The translations under genes and the position numbers were made by a program. From contig JAULUW010000288.1 in assembly GCA_032111345.1 (NCBI GenBank), forward strand, positions 1-39,297: a DNA stretch of 39,297 bases. Direction: 5' to 3'. The notes below the pieces were generated by a model, which was given only the letters and a program-made list of their open reading frames with translations, was not told the DNA's origin and made no database searches. Within the stretch, counting starts at the first letter, position 1, and every line of letters starts with the position of its first letter. Of this stretch, positions 33,437-39,297 are shown piece after piece. The DNA is from Bacteroidia bacterium. GTDB lineage: Bacteria; Bacteroidota; Bacteroidia; NS11-12g; UBA955.

Positions 33437-33868
33437 ATGGCAGATCCAAATTATCCATTACCAAGGTTTCACTTTCGTGTAACCTTCGACAGCACGGTAA
33501 TTAACTGCAGCGAAGTTACCGGATTAAATACCGAACTTGATGTAATTGAGTACCGCGACGGTGCAAGCGTACTTTTCAGTACCCAAAAAATGAGTGGGTT
33601 AAGAAAATTCGGCGATATCGTGATAAAGAAAGGTGTTTTTGATAGCGACCAAGCCTATTGGGATTGGTACAGCTCCGTGGAAATGAATACGCCCGTGCGT
33701 AAAACCGTAACCATTGAATTGTTAGATGAAACACATTCACCTATAATGACATGGGCATTGACCAATGCATGGCCTAAGAAAGTTGAAAATCCAGACTTGA
33801 AGTCTGACGCTAGTGAAGTGGCCGTTGAATCCATTACTTTAGTGCACGAAGGTTTATCACTAGCTTAG
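33437..33868 (+). CDS. Tail tube protein (T4 gp19-like, Afp1/Pvc1 equivalent)
   Basis: YPLPRFHFRVTFD ... NCSEVTGL ... IEYRDG ... ITLVHEGL is the conserved phage tail tube pattern in a 143-aa protein. Confidence 0.9.
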   Translation: MADPNYPLPRFHFRVTFDSTVINCSEVTGLNTELDVIEYRDGASVLFSTQKMSGLRKFGDIVIKKGVFDSDQAYWDWYSSVEMNTPVRKTVTIELLDETHSPIMTWALTNAWPKKVENPDLKSDASEVAVESITLVHEGLSLA

Positions 33869-33879
33869 TAGCATAACCA

Positions 33880-34419
33880 ATGAGTGCTATCGATCTTCCA
33901 TTAGTAGGATTCCATTTTAGGGTTGATTTTATTTTAACGAAAAAAGCAAAATCGCTCCAAGGCCGCTTTCAAAAAATTGATGGCATAAGCAAAAAATGGG
34001 AATTTGAAACCAAAATGGAAGGCGAAAACACCGTGGAAGTTAAGTCTCCCCTTCGCACAAAAGAGGGCACCCTCGTTCTGCGAAGGGGACTTATCGTTCC
34101 ATCTCGAAAATCACCACAAGAACAATCTGGGTTCTTTGACCTGCTTGCATGGTTTGAAGAAAACATCACCGAAAATCGCCGCATTCCAATTCCCTTGGTG
34201 GTATCCGCTTTAAACGCCAATCACGATCCCGAACAATCGTGGTTTTTTTTTAATACCTATCCCATTTCATGGCAAACATCTGGCTTTGATGCTATGAATG
34301 GACAATCCATTATTATGGAAGAAATTAGCCTGAATTACGACAACTACAAACAGGTGAATACCAGCGGTATGAAATCTAAAGATATTTATACCTCAGCAAA
34401 GAAAGAACTTAATCTGTAA
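33880..34419 (+). CDS. Second tail tube-family protein (Afp5/Pvc5 equivalent)
   Basis: The LPLVGFHFRVDF N-terminal motif and the later ISWQTSGFDAMNGQSIIMEEISLNYD fit the tube family. It is longer (179 aa) than tube 1. Confidence 0.8.
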   Translation: MSAIDLPLVGFHFRVDFILTKKAKSLQGRFQKIDGISKKWEFETKMEGENTVEVKSPLRTKEGTLVLRRGLIVPSRKSPQEQSGFFDLLAWFEENITENRRIPIPLVVSALNANHDPEQSWFFFNTYPISWQTSGFDAMNGQSIIMEEISLNYDNYKQVNTSGMKSKDIYTSAKKELNL

Positions 34420-34443
34420 TACGTACATTTGAAAAAATGCCTT

Positions 34444-34638
34444 ATGACAGAAATTAAGAAACTCGTTATTAAAGCCTCCTTATCTTCGAATACCCTGCAT
34501 ACCCAAACCGATAATAAAGGAGAAAAATCCTTAAAAACTAACGATCTTGAAGAAAAACTGTCCGATTTAAAGGTCGAAATTGCCGATATGGTAGATCGAA
34601 AAATAGAACAATACCATAGAAAACAGAATAAACATTAA
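34444..34638 (+). CDS. Small charged coiled-coil protein at the Afp6 position
   Basis: 64 aa from the first in-frame ATG (the supplied ORF begins at a TTG at 34429). It carries a heptad-like segment LEEKLSDLKVEIADMVDRKIEQY and is tightly packed between tube 2 and the LysM gene. Confidence 0.5.
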   Translation: MTEIKKLVIKASLSSNTLHTQTDNKGEKSLKTNDLEEKLSDLKVEIADMVDRKIEQYHRKQNKH

Positions 34639-34650
34639 CTTCGAGTTGAT

Positions 34651-35388
34651 ATGTCGGAAACGAACTTCAACTACTTCGAAATTGCGGCTTATGAGGACGT
34701 TGATTGCAGCAAGGCGGTAAAACCTCAAAAAGGGTCTACCGTTTTCGATAGCAAAGTCTTGCTCTATCGATTTCCCTTTAATCCAAGCTCCTTAAAAGTT
34801 GGAACTACACACAACTATAATCTTTCACAACCCTTTGGTTATTCTGGAATCAATCCGAAATACATTGCCACCAAACCACGATTGGTAAACGTAGAGTTGG
34901 TTATTGATCCATCTGCAGAACCCCTTTATACCTATACCGAAGACACTGGAATTCCCGTTAAGGAAAGCAAAAAAACCCTATCTGAAAGGATGGAAATCTT
35001 TGAAACCTTGGTGGGTTATAACGCTTCCTCCCACCGTCCCAACTACCTAAAACTTTCCTGGGGGAAAACCCTCAAAATGAATACGGCTCTTAAAGAATTT
35101 CACGTTGTTTACGGCCGTTTTAATGAAAAAGGCGAACCTACGCGGGCCAATATACAAGTCGAATTTCTAGAGGTAATATCAGCAAAAAAAATGCTCACCG
35201 CCCAAGGTCGGCAGTCTCCTGATATCAGTCACATGGTAGAAGTTCAAGAAGGCGACACCCTGCCCCATTTATGTGAAAACATTTACGGGGATAAAAAATA
35301 TTACGTTGAAATTGCCAAAATTAACGGTATAAAATCCCTTCGTAAATTAAGTCCAGGTACCCAATTGTATTTTCCCCCACTCAAATAA
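34651..35388 (+). CDS. CIS tube-initiator protein with C-terminal LysM domain (Afp7/Pvc7 equivalent)
   Basis: The C-terminal VEVQEGDTLPHLCENIYGDKKYYVEIAKINGIKSLRKLSPGTQLYFP is a LysM motif. The N-terminal ~190 aa are tube-like (FPFNPSSLKV). The position immediately before the spike gene fits this role. Confidence 0.8.
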   Translation: MSETNFNYFEIAAYEDVDCSKAVKPQKGSTVFDSKVLLYRFPFNPSSLKVGTTHNYNLSQPFGYSGINPKYIATKPRLVNVELVIDPSAEPLYTYTEDTGIPVKESKKTLSERMEIFETLVGYNASSHRPNYLKLSWGKTLKMNTALKEFHVVYGRFNEKGEPTRANIQVEFLEVISAKKMLTAQGRQSPDISHMVEVQEGDTLPHLCENIYGDKKYYVEIAKINGIKSLRKLSPGTQLYFPPLK

Positions 35389-35391
35389 GCT

Positions 35392-37155
35392 ATGGCCGCA
35401 CCGACGAAAGATTACGAAACCGTTACCGTGGAAATTTCCATCAAAGGCAAGGTGTCTAAGCTCTCAGCACACGTACAAGAAATACGGGTTGAAAAACGCG
35501 TTAACAAAATAGCACGTGCCCAAATTTCCATAAACGATGGAGAGGTTTCCCAACAAAAATTCAGCCTCTTTGAGGAAAACCCTTTCAATATCGGCGACGA
35601 CATTATCATTAAAACGGGAGGTGATCCAAAATCACTCAAACAGTTGTATAAAGGCATTATTTCAGGTGTTTCTACGCAAATCGTGCATAAAAAAAGCCTT
35701 GTTCACATCGAATGTCTGGATAAAGCTATTGGAATGACCAAAGGAAGAAAAACCGATGTTTTCCTCAAAAAAAAGGACGATGCCATTATAAAAGAAATCA
35801 TAGCCAAAACTACCGGATTAACTGCCAAGGTAGATTCTTGCACGATCACCCATGAGAAATTGGTTCAATATGGGATTTCAGATTGGGATTTCACCCTAAT
35901 GCGCGCCGATGCCAATGGGCTCATTGTTTGTAATGCAGATGCCGAAGTAGCCGTTAAAGAACCCAAGCTCGCTGCCGCAGCAAGCGCTACCTATTCTTAC
36001 GGTGTAGATGTTCTTGCTTTTGAATCCCAAACTACGGGTGAATTTACGATAGCTAAATTTGCAGAAACCCATTGGGATTATAAATCTGGATCTGTAAAAA
36101 CAGGAAAATCCAGCGAAAGCAGTAAATTGGCAACTCCCAGTGCCTTGCCTTTTGCAAAAATACAAGCCTTCGCAAAACCTGCGGATGATACAGGAATTAC
36201 CACCGCTGGAATACAAAATGCCAACCAATTTAAAGAGGTATTAAATGCCAAAGTGATCCGCTCCTACTTGGCCTCTCAAAGGGGTTCGATAACGGTATCA
36301 GGTGATATTACTCCTGTTCTAGGCGATATTATTGAGGTAAAAGGATTGGGGAAATTGGCCGGAAAATTCTTCGTTGCAGGAATTGAACACCACGTTTTCG
36401 ATGGACAATTTATCACCAATTTTGAATTTGGGATGGATGAAAAAACCCATTTTGAAAAACATCCCTATATCCATAATGATAGCGTTGCTTCTTATGTAGG
36501 ATTTTCACATGGATTGCAATTAGGGGAAGTTACGAAATTAGATGGCGACCCAGAAGGCCAACAACGCATACAAGTCAAACTGCCGGTTTTTGGATCCGAT
36601 GCTTTGTTTTGGGCTCGACTGAGTTTCCCCGATGCAGGAAAAAATCGGGGAATCTTTTTTGTCCCCGAAAAAGGCGATGAAGTGGTGGTTTCCTTTTTAG
36701 ATGGTGACCCAGCACAACCCGTTATTCTCGGTACTCTTTACAATAAATCGAACACAGCGCCCGAAAAAATTACGGCTACCAACAACAAACGCATTATACA
36801 ATCAAAAAAGAAGGTTATTATTGAATTTGATGATGAAAAGAAAAATTTAACCTTAAAAACTCCTGGGGGAAATTCTATTTTGATGGATGATGCAAAAGGC
36901 ATTACTCTGAAAGATAAAAACGGCAATTCTATTGAGTTGGGAAGTGCAGGTATCACCCTAAAAACCATGAAAGAAATTTCCTTAAAAGCAACAAAGGGAA
37001 TCAAAATAACCGCCGATGCGGGGCCCGTGAAAATTGCCGGACTCCAAATCGATGGCCAAGCAAAAACCACACTTAAAATGGCAGGAAAAGCGAGCGCCGA
37101 AGTTTCTGCCTCTGGAATGATGACGATCAAAGGCGCACTCGTAAAAATAAACTAA
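35392..37155 (+). CDS. VgrG-like central spike (gpD-like plus gp5 OB-fold plus beta-helix, Afp8/Pvc8 equivalent)
   Basis: GIFFVPEKGDEVVVSFLDGDPAQPVILGTLYN is the Phage_base_V/gp5 motif. The upstream gpD-like region shows ARAQISINDG and YKGIISGV. A C-terminal repetitive beta-helix follows (LTLKTPGGNSILMDD, ITLKDKNGNSIELG, ITLKTMKEISLKA). Confidence 0.9.
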   Translation: MAAPTKDYETVTVEISIKGKVSKLSAHVQEIRVEKRVNKIARAQISINDGEVSQQKFSLFEENPFNIGDDIIIKTGGDPKSLKQLYKGIISGVSTQIVHKKSLVHIECLDKAIGMTKGRKTDVFLKKKDDAIIKEIIAKTTGLTAKVDSCTITHEKLVQYGISDWDFTLMRADANGLIVCNADAEVAVKEPKLAAAASATYSYGVDVLAFESQTTGEFTIAKFAETHWDYKSGSVKTGKSSESSKLATPSALPFAKIQAFAKPADDTGITTAGIQNANQFKEVLNAKVIRSYLASQRGSITVSGDITPVLGDIIEVKGLGKLAGKFFVAGIEHHVFDGQFITNFEFGMDEKTHFEKHPYIHNDSVASYVGFSHGLQLGEVTKLDGDPEGQQRIQVKLPVFGSDALFWARLSFPDAGKNRGIFFVPEKGDEVVVSFLDGDPAQPVILGTLYNKSNTAPEKITATNNKRIIQSKKKVIIEFDDEKKNLTLKTPGGNSILMDDAKGITLKDKNGNSIELGSAGITLKTMKEISLKATKGIKITADAGPVKIAGLQIDGQAKTTLKMAGKASAEVSASGMMTIKGALVKIN

Positions 37156-37160
37156 ACGAT

Positions 37161-37460
37161 ATGCCTCCAGCTGCTCGAGTAACCGACCTCCACACTTGCC
37201 CCATGCAAACACCCGCATTGGTGCCAATTCCGCACGTAGGTGGACCCATTGTGGGTCCAGGTGCCCCCACTGTTTTAATCGGTGGACTTCCTGCCGCCGT
37301 TGTAGGAGACCTGTGTATTTGTGTGGGTCCCCCCGATGTGATTTCAAAGGGTTCTTCCACGGTCAAAATAGGTGGCAAGCCCGCTGCACGCTTAGGCGAC
37401 CCTACTGCCCACGGGGGCAAAGTGATGAGTTTATGTCCCACTGTTTTAATTGGAGGATGA
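37161..37460 (+). CDS. PAAR-domain spike-tip protein (Afp10/Pvc10 equivalent)
   Basis: Motifs MPPAARVTDLHTCP, GAPTVLIGGLPAAVVGD and GGKPAARLGDPTAHGG, with a 99-aa Gly/Pro-rich sequence. Confidence 0.92.
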   Translation: MPPAARVTDLHTCPMQTPALVPIPHVGGPIVGPGAPTVLIGGLPAAVVGDLCICVGPPDVISKGSSTVKIGGKPAARLGDPTAHGGKVMSLCPTVLIGG

Positions 37461-37873
37461 GCGCAAATCAAAAAAACACTGCGTTTTTAGGAATTGGATT
37501 GAAACAGCCTTTCAAGATCAATCCCTCCACCGGTAAAACCGGTTTGGTAAGCGGCATAGAGAATATCGAACAGAGTATTCAAGCAATTTTATCTACCAAG
37601 CCAGGTGAACGCCTTTATCATAAAGATTTTGGTATCGATTTATCTGAATTATTATTTGAATCCCAAGATTCAGCTACGTTAAAATCTCTAGAGGAGAAAA
37701 TCACCAGTGGGTTAATGCAGTTTCAAACAATGATTATTGTAGATTCCGTAAAGTTTGAGCTTGATGCCCAAAAAGGAATCGTTCATATTGATGTGGCCTT
37801 TACCATCCGCAATACCAACACAAGGGGTAACTACGTATATCCGTATTATATCAAAGAAGCCAACCAGTTTTAA
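37457..37873 (+). CDS. GPW/gp25-family baseplate wedge protein (Afp9/Pvc9 equivalent)
   Basis: GIENIEQSIQAILSTKPGERLYHKDFGIDLSELLFE is the gp25 signature. The ATG at 37457 overlaps the PAAR stop (ATGA). The longer 225-aa ORF in the supplied track is an out-of-frame read-through of the PAAR gene. Confidence 0.88.
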   Translation: MSANQKNTAFLGIGLKQPFKINPSTGKTGLVSGIENIEQSIQAILSTKPGERLYHKDFGIDLSELLFESQDSATLKSLEEKITSGLMQFQTMIIVDSVKFELDAQKGIVHIDVAFTIRNTNTRGNYVYPYYIKEANQF

Positions 37874-37878
37874 TTCTC

Positions 37879-39297
37879 ATGCCTTGGAACCGTAACGAAA
37901 CGCGCTATAATTTGGATCTTGCCATAGGCGATACGTCACAAATACGGCTTAAAAAATCACAAGGTATCGTTCCCGTTCCATCCAAGGAAGATATCTTTTC
38001 AGCTATCTTACACCTTTCTAAACAAATTCAATTTTACGATTCCCAAGCGCAAACAGATGGCAGTCTTAATCGCTTCTTTGGAAGCAGTTTGCCTTTAGTA
38101 TTGGGACATGTATGTGGTAACGCTATTTCGAACAGTTTTAAAGATTTAAGAAATTCGATTCGCGAAACTAAACAACGTTGGCAAGGGGGCTCAAGCACCT
38201 TAAATAGGCATCGGATCAATATCTACCGTTCGCTCAGCTTTCAATTTGAAAGTCTTGAGATGCTGAAAAATGCCGCTATTGCTGAACAATCTGAAATATC
38301 CGATCTATGTAGTGGTTACATTCCTTTGGTCAATCAGTATACGAGAATAATGGGCAGATGGAATGCCATGGGGGTAATATCTCAAATACGCAAACTGAAT
38401 ATTCAGCTGTCACATATCACCACCAACTATAAAACCGAAGAATCCCCAGAAGTTCCAACTTTTTGGTTCCATCAAATTATTGAAATTCAAAGCGATATAG
38501 ATAATCTTGAAATAAAGTGGCGGAAACTCCGAGAGCAATGTAAGCAGATTCTTGAAAATATCATTGCCGAACAAAGACTCGATCCATTAACCACAATTCC
38601 CTTTATTTTAGGGGAAATTATTGAAGAGTTTAGCCAAAATCAAGCTCATCATATTCAAAAGAAATTGAGTGCCTATTTTTTGGAAAAACGTTCTGGGTTG
38701 AATCGATTTGAAATTGTGCCCGAAGAACTTTACGCACAATATGAATGGAATACCGAATCTGAGAAGAAATCACTGCCCCAAGGTCAAACTTTTCATTCCC
38801 GAGAAATCGACCCTGAAGATCCAAGCACTGAGTACATAACGCTAACATCATCAGACAATTACCCTCTCAATGCACAACAAATTCTGCGAAGTGCTGATAT
38901 TTTCTGTTCAACTAAAACACGCACGCTTATATCTGAAAACAAAATTCATATCAATACCGCGTTCCCGTCAAAATACAAATTAGAAACCATCCATAACGAG
39001 GCTAATCATGCATTAACGCCCTTTGTTTTTTCAATCAAAAGTACCCTCTTTAACATCTGGGGGAATGTAGTAAAATGGGAAATAAAATTTCAATTTGCTT
39101 TAAACGAACTCAAAGATTTCATGGCCGCACAATTCGAGCTACAAAGCGGCTTAAAACAAAGTTTTGGTGAGGATTCCCTCTCAAAAATCTGGCAATTGTA
39201 TTTTTTCAAAGCCTTCCGTATCGAATACGACAGTCTAGAAGAACGCGCTCCAATATCGGTTCAAAATACGCAGTTGCATGTTGAAATCTTGGAAGCG
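37879..39297 (+). CDS. Large ORF at the baseplate (Afp11/gp6-like) position, 3'-truncated by the window end
   Basis: I translated it by hand from the ATG at 37879: 473 codons with no stop up to position 39297 (MPWNRNETRYNLDLAIGDTSQIRLKK...). It starts 5 nt after gp25. No motif was recognised, so the function is inferred from position only. Confidence 0.6.
   Translation, partial: MPWNRNETRYNLDLAIGDTSQIRLKKSQGIVPVPSKEDIFSAILHLSKQIQFYDSQAQTDGSLNRFFGSSLPLVLGHVCGNAISNSFKDLRNSIRETKQRWQGGSSTLNRHRINIYRSLSFQFESLEMLKNAAIAEQSEISDLCSGYIPLVNQYTRIMGRWNAMGVISQIRKLNIQLSHITTNYKTEESPEVPTFWFHQIIEIQSDIDNLEIKWRKLREQCKQILENIIAEQRLDPLTTIPFILGEIIEEFSQNQAHHIQKKLSAYFLEKRSGLNRFEIVPEELYAQYEWNTESEKKSLPQGQTFHSREIDPEDPSTEYITLTSSDNYPLNAQQILRSADIFCSTKTRTLISENKIHINTAFPSKYKLETIHNEANHALTPFVFSIKSTLFNIWGNVVKWEIKFQFALNELKDFMAAQFELQSGLKQSFGEDSLSKIWQLYFFKAFRIEYDSLEERAPISVQNTQLHVEILEA

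Noticed and set aside
36982-37471. Two antisense ORFs (121 and 114 aa) covering the end of the spike gene and the PAAR gene
   Set aside because: They lie opposite genes with unambiguous PAAR and VgrG motifs. The translations are low-complexity Gly/Pro/Arg strings typical of antisense reads through GC-rich segments.
37196-37873. 225-aa ORF in the supplied track that would fuse an alternative frame of the PAAR gene to gp25
   Set aside because: Its first ~87 residues are an Arg/Cys-rich nonsense-looking read of the GC-rich PAAR gene in the wrong frame. The recognisable gp25 sequence begins at MSANQK (ATG 37457), which overlaps the PAAR stop. The frame is open only because Gly/Pro/Ala codons lack stops.
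1-39297. CRISPR arrays, tRNA/rRNA genes, transposases, integrases and long direct or terminal inverted repeats
   Set aside because: No regularly spaced repeats, no cloverleaf-like GC-rich segments in the intergenic regions, and no ORF with DDE, tyrosine-recombinase or serine-recombinase motifs were seen. This is only a by-eye scan, so short or degenerate repeats could have been missed.
25731-39297. Interpretation of the tail-like cluster as a Bacteroidota type VI secretion system (T6SS-iii) or as an R-type tailocin/prophage tail
   Set aside because: There is no split TssB/TssC sheath, Hcp-type tube, ClpV, TssK/F/G or TssN-R genes. The DUF4255 cap, LysM initiator and Afp15-type ATPase are eCIS markers. 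No lysis cassette, capsid or integrase is visible. The downstream part of the locus is outside the window, so this rejection is provisional.

Overview
The window looks like a Bacteroidota chromosome segment. The evidence is seven exact TAnnTTTG -7-type promoter boxes upstream of start codons, A-rich leaders with no Shine-Dalgarno sequence, an Oar-like TonB-dependent receptor, a LytTR response regulator with a propeller-type histidine kinase, and a surE-lpxB pair. Positions 1-25.7 kb carry ordinary housekeeping, envelope and stress genes: kdsA, an HtrA-family protease, an AsmA-like protein, dps, a fatty-acid desaturase, pepT, a Glu/Leu/Phe/Val dehydrogenase, anmK, a class-V aminotransferase, a MenE-like ligase, an aldose epimerase-like protein, the two-component system, the TonB-dependent receptor, a decayed PIN-toxin remnant, surE and lpxB. 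From 25.7 kb to the window end there is a phage-tail-like extracellular contractile injection system (eCIS, Afp/PVC/MAC/AlgoCIS class). One plus-strand operon encodes a small 2-TM protein, a DUF4255 cap, an orphan 276-aa protein, a sheath, two tube proteins, a small coiled-coil ORF, a LysM tube initiator, a VgrG-like spike, PAAR, gp25 and a large baseplate-position ORF that runs off the window. A divergent minus-strand unit encodes an Afp15-type AAA+ ATPase, a 619-aa protein with a roughly 100-aa disordered Ser/Thr/Ala/Pro-rich N-terminus and two long hydrophobic segments, and a small acidic chaperone-like protein. I read the 619-aa protein as a candidate cargo, with tape measure as the alternative. 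No capsid, terminase, portal, integrase, transposase, tRNA, rRNA or CRISPR array was seen. All functional calls come from motifs read by eye in the supplied translations, and no database search was run.
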